From the NCBI GenBank assembly GCA_951406725.2, contig OX597821.1, forward strand, positions 81,530,001 to 81,594,000: a stretch of DNA of 64,000 bases, in the 5' to 3' direction. The translations under genes were made by a program, and so were the position numbers. Shown here piece after piece: positions 1 through 13,213 of this stretch. The notes under the pieces were generated by a model, which was not told where the DNA came from, did not search any database, and was given only the letters and a program-made list of their open reading frames with translations. The stretch is from Octopus vulgaris (taxonomy: Eukaryota). Each line of letters begins with the position of its first letter. Position 1 is the first letter of the stretch.

Positions 1-90
1 GTTTTCAATTCCCAGACTGGGTGATACATTGTGCTCTTGAGCAATACACTTCATTTCACGTTGCTCCAGTCCACTCAGTTGGCAAAAATA

Positions 91-614
91 CCATAAATCC
101 TCGAGTATAATCTGCATTTTTTCCCCAAAATTTAAAGGCCAAAATCCCCTACTGCGTACTATATACGAAGTTTGAAAATGAAAAATATTTCCTAAGCAAT
201 GTCCGAGTCTCTATTTTCTGTCCGGCAATGTTTATTCAGACGCATTTTGTGATGTCGGGCACAAAAAAACCTTAAGCTAAGCCTGAAAGCAATGAAGTCA
301 TAAAAGAATCATCCATAACTTGCAGTAAGCAACATTTATTAAAATAAAAGTATTCAGAACACAGAATAACATGTAACAAAAACAATTTGCAAACATATTT
401 ACATTCCACTATAACAGTTAAAAGCATCACCATTATTGTATTACACATGTGCGGAAGTGTTTGTTGGACTAGGTGCTGCTGGCTTAATTACGCACGACTC
501 AGGTTAGAGAAGGGGTGCGTATTATACTCAAGGTTTAGGTTTTTCAGTGGTACAGCCCCCTAAAAATCCCCTGCATATTATACTCAAAGGCAGACTATAC
601 TCGAGGATTTATGG
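91..614. mobile_element. Non-autonomous Tc2/pogo-type DNA transposon (MITE) nested in an older SINE
   Basis: TIRs CCATAAATCCTCGAGTATAaTCTGC (91) and GCAGAcTATACTCGAGGATTTATGG (614), with TA target duplication at 89-90 and 615-616. The host SINE sequence resumes after 616. Confidence 0.88.
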
Positions 615-1517
615 TAAGTATTCCTGCGACAGACCAGTGTCCCATCCAGGTGGGGAATTTATATATTCCATGAAACCAGGAAATTGGCCTTTATGAGTTG
701 GGTTGACTCGGGAAAGTAACTTTACCTTTACTTTTAAGCAATGGGGGTAACAAACACACACACATTTATATTGACATGTCTACAATGGGTTTCCACACAG
801 TTTCTGTCTACCAAACTTACAATGGTTATGGAATGGCCTGGGGCTATAGTAGAAGCTACTTGCCCAATATACTGTATTGTGGAACTGAACCCAAAATCAA
901 GTGGTTGCAAGGCAAGCTTCTTAACCACATAGTCATATCTGCTCCTAACCATGACCCCTACTTACAAATTTTTCATCTATTGGACTCTGAGCAAAATTTG
1001 TCGACTCCAATATTGATAGATATCCTCTTAATATGTCAGTCAAAATAGATGAGATTGCAAAATAACTAAACTAAATGCATTATTTCTGCCTTTGCATCAG
1101 TGAAGACTTGGTCTTTGGATTTACTTAATAATATAATATAATTAACTTACTGTATACAGTGCTCAGGTGCACCACAACTCATCAGAAAAAGTAGCCAAAA
1201 GTGCATGAACAATACATAAAATAATGCACAGGAAGTAAACAGTGAATGAGTTGTTACGATATGTATGTATGTATGTATAACATGCATTCCAATGATATTT
1301 GTTAATTTCTCTTCAGGCTTTCTTTTAATTGTAGTTGGATTTTCATAAGATAAAAACACAGTTTCTAATGCCAGAAATATGAAGTAGATAATGCAATGAT
1401 AAGTGTTAACTAACTGGACTAAATGAATTACAGAATTTAGTCTTATCTACTGGTGATGAGAATGGCAATGGGGAGTTGTATTTATAATGTATTAATAATA
1501 TTGGTTTGTGATTTCAG

Positions 1518-1622
1518 TTGGAGGATGAATTGGAAAAGTTTGACCGGCTTCAGAATGAGCTGCTGTTGACTGAAGAGACTGCTCTTCCTTTCCACAAAGC
1601 TTACATGAACACACAACAGAGA
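1518..1622 (+). CDS. Internal coding exon of an unidentified plus-strand gene (LEDELEKFDRLQNELLLTEETALPFHKAYMNTQQR)
   Basis: tttcag| acceptor, AGA|gtaagt donor, 105 nt, only one frame open; coiled-coil-like composition. Confidence 0.75.
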
Positions 1623-3136
1623 GTAAGTAATTCATTCCTAATTTTTGTAATTTTTATTTCTAAACTTATATTTAATTTGCACTCCATGCCACTGATGAAT
1701 GTTATTGGATAAGGAAAACATTGTAATATTTAGTATCGAGATCAGGTTTGAATCTTGTCTGAGGCTATAATACACATCATGAAACAATATATTTGGTGGT
1801 GAAGATTGGAAATCAAATGAAACATAGTGTAGATGTCATTCATCATCTTTGTTATTGTTTAACATCCACTTTGCCATGCTTGCATGGATCAGTTGGAATT
1901 TATTGGGGCTGATTTTCTACAGCTGGATGCCCCTCACCAGCCTTCACCTCTTTCCATGTTGGCTAATATTTTCCCATGACCAGACATGTTTTCAGGGCAG
2001 ATTGGAAATGAAGGATTCTTCTTTTGTGATGATGACACTCGTTTCTTTTATAACTATTACATGATGTCAATTCAAAGTGACAAATACTAACAAACACATA
2101 CACACATACGCACGCGCACACACACACATGTACACATATTATGAGCTTCTTTGAATTTCTGATGACCAAATCCACTTATAAGGCCTTGGTCAGCCTAGGG
2201 CTATAGTTGCTGGCACTCATCTCAGGTACTAAGCAGTGGGATTGAACCTTGGGAAGCATAAAGAGGGGACTAATAGTCTGAAAATGTATTACTCTTAGTA
2301 ACAATAATTCTTCTTAGTCACTTGGACATTTTTATACGACTACTATGGACACATCAATGTCATTGGTTATTTGTGGTAGAAGCTGGCTGAGTCTGCAAAA
2401 ATAAAAACAAAACCAAAACTGATGGTGGTCTGTGTTGTCATCATCATCATCATTGTTTAATGTCCATCTCCCATGCTGGTGCGGGTTGGGCAGTTTGGCA
2501 GGAGCTGACGAGCCAAAAGACTCTTGCTTTGGTGTGGTTTTTACAGCTGCATGCAATTCTTGCCACCAACCATTTTACTGTGTGAACCGGATGCGTTTTA
2601 TGTGGCACCAGCATCACAAAGTCTACTCTGGAATGTGGCACCAGCACCGGTGAAGTCTGCTCTGGCATGGTCTTTATGGCTGGATTCCCTTCCAAATGTC
2701 AGCAAATATAGAACTCAGATAAAATTTTTTACTCTCTCCCAGGTAAAGGTTCATCCCTGTACTGTCGGTATTCTCCTCTCCCCATCATAAAATCTTCCCT
2801 AAGTGAACAATAGATCATTTGTCCATAGCAATACACCAGAAATGTATGGGAGCATTTCAGTTTATAAACATGACTAGGAAAATAATGTACTGCACATTAC
2901 ACCCCATTTTCTTCTTTCTCTAAGCCTATTATGTATGTTTACATATCTGGAACAGTGTAGCAATTATCCACACAAATAAACATGAAATGGAAAAAAGACC
3001 AGTGTTAAAGTTGTGGTCATACTTTCAATTCTAATGTTACAAAAGAATTTAAAAGATATTTCCTGTAAACCTTCAAGATAGTAAATTCAACAAAACAGCT
3101 TAACAAACCAATGTTTATTTTGTTTCTTTTTAACAG

Positions 3137-3214
3137 AAAAACTATATCAGAAATACAAACCAGACGAACCAAAGTGAAATTAAGAAAATCATTCCACTCA
3201 CCAATAAAGCATAG
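3137..3214 (+). CDS. Possible terminal coding exon of the plus-strand gene (KNYIRNTNQTNQSEIKKIIPLTNKA-stop if phase 0)
   Basis: Strong polypyrimidine acceptor ttttgtttctttttaacag|, followed by transposon-poor UTR-like sequence; reading frame uncertain. Confidence 0.35.
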   Translation, partial: KNYIRNTNQTNQSEIKKIIPLTNKA

Positions 3215-6200
3215 ATATTTGATAAGAAATTCCTTCACGATATACAAAGAATGGATAAGAAACAAAAAGGAAGCCTTTTTGCAGTGATTGCGATAATCAT
3301 TAAATTTTCAGCAACGATATTTGGTATAAAGCTTTCTTAATTTCTGCTGGTAACTGTTGCAAGGCATGAAAGTTAGTTGTTGATGAGCTGAGTCTGTGAC
3401 TTCATTTAAAGTCTTTGATCAAAAGGAATCATATTTTCACTCACAATGTTTATGCTCTTGTGCATGAATGTAACAACAGTATAAAACTTAGTACTTTTTT
3501 TTTTTTAATTTCCTGCACTACAGCAAAAGGTAATACCCTTATTGAATAGCATTAACCACATATCCATGCCTGCGTATCAGGTAAAACCATTTCACTTGTA
3601 AACAAAACATTGTATCTTTTATGCTGCTAATGTTTGGATCGCAGAAGAACATGACATTTTATTTCTCCTTTCCTAAAAATATAAGGTATTTGTACTTAAT
3701 CCAAATTAACTAATATTCTGCTATAATCTTTAGAGCAGAGCTAAGTCCTTGCCATATTAAATCTACAGTAACAACTCATAGTTCCAATTCTCTGTATGAA
3801 CCTCTTCAATTTCTGTCATACAAGTTTCCATGTGGAAAGCTGAGTTGAGAGATCTGCAGTTGAAGTCCTATCACTACTTTTGAATGTGTCTGGAAACTGG
3901 CTAAATCTTCCTTGTGTCAAATGTGATTATATATATATATATATGTAACCCACTGTTGAAAGAATTGATTGCAATATAAAGCTATTGATTAGACACCTTG
4001 CAGTGCTGAGTTCAATTTCTCTCTTATCTGCTTAATGTTTCAGAAACCAGGGATAAATGCCCCTCTGGATTCTTGTGATTTGGAAACAGATGAGCTTTTT
4101 TAAGAAGAATTTATTATGGCCAGATGTTTATCACAATGTAAATACATTACAAAAAGCAAATTTACTGTTGTATTTGTCTAGAGACAAAAACAGAATCTGC
4201 ATCGGAGGCAGATGAAAGTCATCTGAACAGCTGACCTTTTTTTAGTCACTTGTCACGTATTAAGCAAAAATATTTCTTGGATGCTGTTGGTTTTTTTTTT
4301 GTCATTTACTGATACTTTGAAGCTCAGACTTAACCATTTAAAATATTTGGTCTGTGGAATGGACAAGGATGGTAATTAAGGAGAGTGTGTACTCTTTCAG
4401 CTTTAGTGTCGACAGCACAATATAATGCACCCAGTTCATATTGTGAAGTGGTTGTTAACAGGGTTGACATTCTTTTTGCATGGTTTTTATATCTGAATAA
4501 GAAAAATACTTAGCAATCCTATTGGAGAGTGTTCTTGTTCTTTGGTGGAAAACTTAATTAATAAAACTTAATTGAGTACCTTTAGCAGAGTCCACCTGGA
4601 TGAGCCTTGGGTACCTTTAGCAGAGTCCTCTCTCTTCCAAATTTTCAGATCAGACCTTCCATCTGAGGATAGCTTCTTTTTCCTTCTTCTGACTGAGTTC
4701 TGTTTTTTTTTTTTTTAATGCTGCCATAAGCTAGACAAATACATATTATCGAGACATTGTTTTACAGCTAGTTACCCTCCTGTTCGTAACTCTTACCTGA
4801 TTTTTCAAGTATGGGAAATTTCCATTCCATTCAGTGATATTTGTTAATGCTTCCCTGTCAACAAATCATCCATTAGGTCTATGCTTTTCCATGCAAATCG
4901 CAGACTGTAAACATTCACATAGATGTATATCCACACATTTATATATGTATCTAGCAGCAGGCTCCCTCACAGCTTCCATCTATTGTATTCACTCATAAAG
5001 AATTGGTTAGTCAGAGTTATAAAGGAAGGTACTTGCTCAAGGTGCAGCAGAGCAGGACTGAACTTGAAGCCATTTGGTTAAAAAGCAAACTTCTCAATTA
5101 TACAACTTTACCTGCATCAAGAACAATTTATAAACATGTCCCTTTAAAACGATGATGATACTTCAAACAACCAAACAGGGAATTTTCAGTAAGTGGTAGA
5201 CTGATTTCATAACTTTATTTTAACAAACTTGATTATTGTTAATTTCAGGATTAAGTCAACTCGTCCATGCTTTAAATTTTCTTTATAGTTTTAAGTTATT
5301 TCAAAATATTAAAAAAAATCTAATTGGTGAACAAAAGTTTTCCTGAATATCCAGTCCTGAATTCTGTTAAGACAGTAAGCTTCAGAAATTAAATAGATGC
5401 TCACTTGTGCATTTAAATTTGTTCATATAGTTTGCTCCCACAAATTATTGTCCACATAGTTTGCAATCCTGTTGCTGTCCTTCATTGGATCAACAAAACC
5501 AAGGTACATCCCACTCGTTACACCATCAATTTTTTAGTCAATTAGAGTTATCTCCCTTCCCTTCCATGATAAACATTATCATTAACACTAACAATTTTCT
5601 TTTCCGTTATAGGTTTAAATTTTAATTAAATATTTTTCACTACATTAAATAAATTGACCTCCATTTAACATAGTGGTAGTGTCTTGTTCTATCCAAGTGG
5701 CTGCTTTTACAATTCTCACCTTAAATACACCATATATGAAAGTGCATGGCCTAGGATGTTGGGCTCATGATGGCAATATCACCGGTTCAATTCCTAGGCT
5801 GGGTAGCACATTGTCCTTGAGCAAAACACATCATTTCCCATTACTCCAGTCCATTTAGCTGGAAACATGTATCGGCCAAAGTGCTGCAGCAGCCCTTTCT
5901 CCTTCCAAACTGTCACTCAAAGTTCCTCAATGTTTCACTGGGCCAAGAGGGTGTGAAGGCATTATCTACTTGTGACTACGTAGAGCAAGTTGATATCAAT
6001 GGTTTCCATTCGCTGCAGTTTTCTCTACATCAGCCATGTAATATTGGCCTCTCTCATGTTCGTTGTGGATATTCAGCACAATGTAGGTTTTGGCCTTCCT
6101 CTGCTGCCACTATTCTCCTCTCCCCATAGTATTCCATCATAAAAACTTCTTTAAGTTAACAATTGATCATTTGTCCATAGCAACATGCCAGAAATGTATG

Positions 6201-6329
6201 AGAACATTCAAGTTTATAAACAGGACTAGGAAAATAGTGTATTGCACATTACACCCCATTTCCACTACAAAAGCCCCCAGTGGGGCCCATGTGAAAGCTA
6301 TTGTTCTGGTTGTTCTACTAGTTTTAAGT

Positions 6330-6540
6330 TTTGTTCTGAGATGATTTTATTAAGTAGTCTTATGTTGGATCTTTTCAGAATGTCTTCGTTGGTTATGTCG
6401 TCCCTGACAATACATTCTCAGAATCCTTCTCTGGCCTCTTTGGTGGAACACATTTAGCTTTCCACCAATTTCTCATGGTATTCTTCCATGTTTCACTGTT
6501 GGTAGAACCATGCTATTACAGAGTTGGATCTTTGGGGTGC
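6330..6540 (-). pseudogene. Degenerate RTE-like LINE reverse-transcriptase C-terminal fragment
   Basis: Minus-strand frames give SETWK..KLNVFHQRGQRRILR..DITNEDILKRS with frameshifts, matching the RTE/BovB-type motif SETW..FH.RCLRRIL..I.N.EVL. Confidence 0.65.
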
Positions 6541-6654
6541 AGGCTGATGTTGCAGGACCCAGATAGTGTGTATTTTCTAGTATATAACAAATCTATGGTT
6601 AACATCAGTTTCAATACCACTATGGTTACTGATAATGCTATCTCTTTACTTTCT

Positions 6655-7048
6655 CTTTTAATTGTTTCAGTCATTTGACTGTGGCCATGCTGGAGCACCG
6701 CCTTTAATTGAGCAAATCGACCCCAGGATTTATTTTTGTAAGCCTAGTACTTATTCTATTGGTCTCTTTTGCTGAACTGCTAAGTTATGGGGGACACAAA
6801 CACACCAGCATTGGTTGTCAAGCGATGTTGCGGGGGGACAAACACAAGACACAAAAAAAAATAAACACACACGTACATATATATACGATGGGCTTCTTTC
6901 AGTTTCCATCTACCAAATCCACTCACAAGGCTTTGGTTGGCCTGAGGCTATAGTAGAAGACACTTGCCCAAGGTGCCACGTAGTGGGACTGAACCCGGAA
7001 CCATGTGGTTGGTAAACAAGCTACTTACCACACAGCCACTTCTACGCC
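6655..7048 (-). mobile_element. tRNA-derived SINE, family A (Octopus-type)
   Basis: Head GGCGTAGAAGTGGCTGTGTGGTAAG (A-box) and GGTTCAGTCCC (B-box); multiple copies in the window. Confidence 0.9.
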
Positions 7049-7219
7049 TATCAACTAGAAAATGTAATCAAATTTCTAACATTGCACTGTATTAGCCTAA
7101 AAAAGTAAGCAACATGTAATCTGCAATATAGTAAACAAGATGTTCATGGTAGGAAGACCACTGATGATATGTTTTCTCTGCAGAATCTGTTGAAAAAAAA
7201 AAGAAACTAATCTGTAACA

Positions 7220-7581
7220 GGCGTAGGAGTGGCTGTGTGGTAAGTAGCTTGCTTACAAACTGCATTGTTCCGGGTTCAGTCCCAGTGCGTGGCACCTTGG
7301 GCAACTGTCTACTATAGCCTCAGGCCGACCAAAGACTTATGTGAGTGGATTTGGTAGATGGAAACTGAAAGAAGCCCATCGTATGTGTGTGTGTGTCTTG
7401 TGTTCGTTCCCCCAACATCGCTGGTGTGTTTACGTCCCCGTAACTTAGTGGTTCGGCAAAAGAGACCAATAGAATAAGTACTAGGCTTACAAAGAATAAG
7501 TCCTGGGGCCGATTTGCTCGAGTAAAGGCGGTGCTCCAGCATGGCCGCAGTCAAATGACCGAAGCATGTAAAAGAGAGTAA
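7220..7581 (+). mobile_element. tRNA-derived SINE, family A
   Basis: Same head, body and GTAAAAGAG tail as the copy at 6655-7048, in opposite orientation. Confidence 0.9.
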
Positions 7582-8739
7582 CACTGTTTTTTTATTTATG
7601 TCTTTACAGTCCTGTAATTATATCTATTTTCAAATCTTACACAGTATTTCCTGTCTGATCTCTACATTTTCTTCTGATATATGGTAACAGCAAGCTGTTT
7701 GTGATTGTCTGTGGGTTATGCCTTTGTTAAGGACCATAGGCCACAAGGAGAAAAGAAATCAGTTTCAGATAATAAATGCAGATTTCAGAAAAAGTGTGGA
7801 CATTGAACAGATTGAGGTTTCTTAGTCAATCCATTCTACTCTCTGAGAAAAATCAAAATTTTCAAGGAATCCACAAAGAAATATTAAGTAAGCTCTAACC
7901 TACAGAACAGTGAATTTATTAAACCATTCCTCTACATGCCATAGCTTGCTGATAAATAAAGCCAATAACAGGATCTTGGGGCACCATTGAAAATTATGTA
8001 GTGGTCCGAATGAGAGATTTTCCATCAGTTTTGCAAGCTTTAAAAAATGTCATTTAACCCCAAAACATTGAGATCACTCTGTAAACTGTAAAGCTAATTC
8101 ATTCACACAGTTTTGAATTCTTCATGTATTATCATTGTAGTTTCAAGACTTAGATGATGTGACTGTTTATTTTTAGAATGACATTGTAGGGTAGGTGTGA
8201 GAGGTCGGATCTGGTCAGTCTGAACATAAAACATGGAAGAATATTTTGGTCAGATATGGCTGGTTTAAATGGTTAAACAATGTTGCAGCAGTTAGGTAAT
8301 CCTTAGCAAACAGTACATCATCAGCACCATTTAACGTCTGCTTTCCATGCTAGCATGGGTTGGACGATTTGACTGAGGACTAGTGAACCAGATGGCTACA
8401 CCAAGCTCTAATCTGATCTGGCAGAGTTTCTACAGCTGGATGCCCTTCCTAATCCCAACCACTCCGAGAGTGTAGTAGGTGTTTTTTACGTGCCATCGGC
8501 AGGGAAACCAGACAGCTGCTCCGGCAGTGATCCACTGGCACGGGTGCCAGTCGTCGAATTTGGTTCAAAGTAAGTTGGAATACAGAACAGATAATCAATA
8601 CTTTGTGTAACCAGCATTTTGTAACCCTCTGTGCTTTTATCAATACTTAGTCATACACCTTGTCCTATACACTGACAGAAACACCAAATCTCACAAACAA
8701 ACCTGAAAAATGAAAGAAAAAAAGAAAGACAAAAGCAGC

Positions 8740-10254
8740 AAATTATATAACACAATTTTTATTTATAGTCGAATATCTGCCACTTAATGTGAAAGTGATG
8801 TTGAACAGTCCCTGGTTGCAGCAAAATGGGATGGAGAGTTTGCCTCATCACTGCCACACCCCATTGGAGACAACTATTCGATCAAGTGGTAGCCATAGAT
8901 TCCATGGCCATACACACACACTCACATGGAGTTTCATACATGCACACAATCATGCACACACATGCACAAGAGACCTGTTCAAGATAACTGCTTTAGTGCC
9001 AGCCAAAACATCATGGCTACACACTCATTAGGATACAATGAAAGTATAGTAGCATCTAAAAAAAAAAATACCATGGCGGGGGTTTTGCTGGGCTCTTTCT
9101 AACCAATTTGGAGCCAAACTAAACAAGGCAAAGTTCTCAACCAGGTGCAGAATAAAAAAAAAAAAAATAACCAGAATTCCACTGTATATTGCTTTGAAGA
9201 TTTCTTTCTGAGCTGACGTCACTGACTTTATAATCTTGTCTTGTGGTGGCGACATGAGCTGTGGAAGCTGTGGCCCTCACGGACTTGCTTGTGAGAACGG
9301 CTCTGCGCTAGAAAGACTTCTCGGTACAAGTGTGCCATTTTATTTTAACTGCCAAACTCAACTTTTGACACAGCATAACAACGGAAAGAGGTGGGCAAGA
9401 AGGGAGAGTCTGAGGATAGAGGGCAGGGAATGGGGGAAATAAAGAGAGTTGTTAATGTTAATACAACAAACGTCAGAAGAAAATGAGGGGGGAGGGGCTA
9501 TGGGTAGTCTGATTGGTGGTGGGGGTGGGGGGAAAGCATGAAATTTAAACAAACAAACAAACAATTCAGTAAAGTCTCTTGTTTTACAGACTGTATAATA
9601 TGAAACGGTCAGTTGTAGGAAGGAGGGAAAGAATCAGAGCCAAGAAAAAAGAACAATAAACTTTGGGAAAAAAAAAAATAAATAGTTATATTTATATGTA
9701 TTTAAAATAAAAATTAAGGGCAATATTTAAAAAATATTTTCATGTTTTGTATATTTTTAAATAACTTTTCCTTCCTCACTCCCCCTGTTTCAAATGGGAT
9801 AACAGATGAAAAAATAGCTAAAATATTTGGCAAGGCTCTATATACAGAAATAAACCAATAAACTATATATATATATATATATAGTACCTCAACTATAAAG
9901 ATATCTTGATATGAGGTACCCCAAACTAAATAAAGTGCCCCAAACTCTACAAGTATTCGCAAGACAAGTGTGAAATGTCTTGTTAAAAAAAGTAGCCAAA
10001 AAGAAAAAAAAAATCATCAGGATAAAAAAGCAGATGCTGTTAGATTTTTTTGTGGTCGGTGTCAGATTTGGAAGGGTCACAGTCTTAAAGACGTATCATC
10101 CCCAATCTTATGGATGGTATAAACTTAAAGTAATGCTAGTGTTGTTGGTATAGTAGTATTGTTTCTGTTGTTGATTATGTTGTTATGTCTGCAATGGTTT
10201 GTATAATTCCAAAAAGACGGACACTGAAGCATTTATACAAAGGTATAAATGGAA

Positions 10255-10288
<34 letters not shown>

Positions 10289-13068
10289 AATAAAGCACCA
10301 TTTTCAAAACAAGATTTATTTTAAGTATCAGCAGGAGCTGACAGATTCCATCTCTCTTTCAGAAGTTATCTTTCATTAATGTAGATTAGATTAATTAAAC
10401 AGATCCAGTAAAAATGAAATCAATAAAACTATCAACAGTATTATTATTATTATTATTATTATTAATAATAATTTCTTTTAAATAAAACAATAACAGTAAT
10501 AATAATTACAATAATGATGGTTTCTAAACCAGGTATGAAGCTTCACATTTATAGGGAGAGGAAATGAGGAATTGTGCTGTTCACGCCTTAGTTAAGAACA
10601 TTGGTAAACAAAGAGCATTGGTAAACGGTCAAAGTGGAGTGTTTGCAACCAGCACTTGAAACTAGGTGTCTGACTCAGCTCACTAAGAAAATTACCTCTG
10701 CACTATGGCTTTTGTCACATAAAAATGATTATGATGATGACAATAATAATAATAATTATTATAATAACAACAACAACAACAAAAAATAATGAGCAAGAAG
10801 AGGGAGTATCATAGTTTCTATAATTATTTTTGTTACATATTTACAGGTTTGCAGGAGTCTTATTCGGGTGGATTATTTGAAATATACAACTAGCCCATAA
10901 TGGTGTATAAATGCAGTCCTTGTTGAGGTCAAAGACACTGTTGAACAATATGGAATATTGACTTCTACTAGACTCTGACCCAAAGTGGTAGGGGAACTTT
11001 ACGGAGCGCAACATCAATTGAACTGACTCTAAACAAGAGACCTACCGTCTGTGAATAAATCAATTGAAGAGACAACCAGCTTGTTTTTATATATGTATCT
11101 CATACATACATAGAAAGAGAGACAGATACACATACATATGTGTGTGTTTGTGTGTGTGTATGTATTTATAAATATATATATATCAGCATCCAGAGTTGCA
11201 AAACATTATCATCATCTTCAAGATCTAAAGTCGATCTCAATGAAAGGATTTGAAGTAACAAAGTGGGCAAGAACAAAGAAACTGCAGTACAAGACTGACT
11301 AATATGATAAATAATAATAATAATACTATTATTAATAATAGTAATATTGATGATGATGATGATTAATTTAGGCTATACACAAGGCCAATTTTGTAGAAAG
11401 GTATATAGTTGATTGAATCATATTACTGTACCTATTGAACCCAGGGCATGAAAGGCAAATCAACCCCAGTGGGATACTGGCAGAGTCTATGTTGAAAGAG
11501 CTATGAAACAGAAAGCCCTCGAGGGCCTAGCCATACAATTTCTAGTCAATATTTTGGGATACATTTCCGCAAATTTTAATTGGCTTTATTCCAGGTAGAA
11601 GATTTTTAAAAAATGACAAAAACAACATACGACCATGCAGAAAAATTTTTCCAAACGTAAATATTAAAAAAATAAAATGGGGCAAGGATAAAAATTTGGG
11701 CTTTTGGCATTACATTGAATTGAACAATGTGGTTGGCAAATAAAAAGTATAGAAGAAAACCTTAAATCAACTATTCAGATAAAATGATCAGGGTGGAATG
11801 GGAAACAGGACATGGATGAAAATAGAATATCTACAAAGCCCTGCTGCTCTCCATCTACTAACAGTAGCAGCAGCAATAGTAGTAACTGTAATAGTTGTAC
11901 TAATATGTATAGCAATATCAGTACTGGCAGCAGTAGAAATAACAGTAAGAAAATAGAAACAGGTAATGGAGGAGCTGGTAGTTTTATTAGTTTAGTCTCT
12001 GCATTGTAGGTAAGGAGTTGGGGCCCCTTAAATATCACAAAGGGATGGCTGGAAAGGTTGACCTTTATTTTCAACTGTGAGGCTGGTGGTGGTGGTGGTG
12101 GTACTGGGTAAACAAAATAGATGTTTAAACCGAGACTGCATCCCTCCTTACACAGACATACACACATGGTACGTCAACAGGCTGACTGTCCCATGGTGAA
12201 TGGTGAACGCTAGACCCACAACTCCATCTACTCTCCCCAAAACAACAAAGAAAATCCAGCTCAACAGCCACTGTTGACGCTAGTTTCTTCTAGCAGTCTC
12301 ATGTAGAATAACAAATTCCACTTATTCTGGAAGATAGGGACAGATTGTTGGGCAGAAACAAATTTTCACACAAACACAAATATCTGGGTATGTTTGTGTA
12401 CATCTAAATACACACATGTATTTTATTGTATTCATGTGTATCTATGTAGATAAATATATATGTATATATCTATATATATATATCAGTGTAAATACTGATA
12501 TACATATATATATATATATATCAGTATATATATACTTTATACATACAACACATACAGATTTGAAGATACAAACACACAATGATGTTGTGATGTATATATA
12601 GATGCACACACACACACAGGAGATATTAGTGTGTTCAATAATTACAGGATATCAGAAGATGAAGGCTTCAGTTCTCCAGGAACCAATGTGGTTAGTAGAA
12701 TAAAAAAAAAATAATTTGTTTCCACTTTTCACCTGTGAATAGTTTAATAACAATTATTGTAATTACAAATCTCCCTCTCTCTCATCCATTTACATATATA
12801 TGTATACACTCTCATCCAAACAAATATATATATATTTATATATATATATATGTATACAAAGATATATATGTGTGCATGTATACGTATATTATACACATAC
12901 ACACAGATGTGTGTGTGTGTGTATATATATATATGTATATATATATATTCTTCATATGGTCATGTATGCATAGACACCCACACACACTCTCTCTCCCTCA
13001 CACACACACACATACACACATGTTTCTATTTCAATATGTTAGTCAAAAGAAGATTGTTGTTCACTGAA
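8740..13068 (-). other. Probable long tensin 3'UTR
   Basis: Almost free of the SINE/LINE copies that fill the flanks. Ends at a minus-strand AATAAA (8763-8758) followed by a U/GU-rich tract. Confidence 0.55.
8758..8763 (-). terminator. Candidate polyadenylation signal AATAAA with downstream U/GU-rich element
   Basis: Minus strand reads AATAAAaattgtgttatataa..ttttgtctttcttttttt..gtttgtttgtg; transposon density resumes just beyond. Confidence 0.5.
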
Positions 13069-13213
13069 TCATTTGATTTTGTTAGGTCCCACCATTACTT
13101 TGGTGACAAAGTTGACGATCGCAAAGGCAGGCTGTTCCGGGTCGAGTTCAGCAAACAAATGGCAGGCATTGTCAGAAACTCCTCCTTGTTTACGTGCAAT
13201 AAAACCAAACACC
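13069..13213 (-). CDS. TNS: Tensin last coding exon ([47 protein letters not shown]-stop)
   Basis: tttttctag| acceptor; TGA at 13071-13069. Confidence 0.97.

Noticed and set aside
7220-7290. tRNA gene
   Set aside because: The A/B boxes belong to SINE heads; no cloverleaf or oligo-T terminator.
11775-12167. 130-aa Leu/Pro-rich ORF with an apparent transmembrane segment in the 3'UTR
   Set aside because: Built from degenerate trinucleotide repeats and starts in a TG microsatellite; no family similarity recognised.
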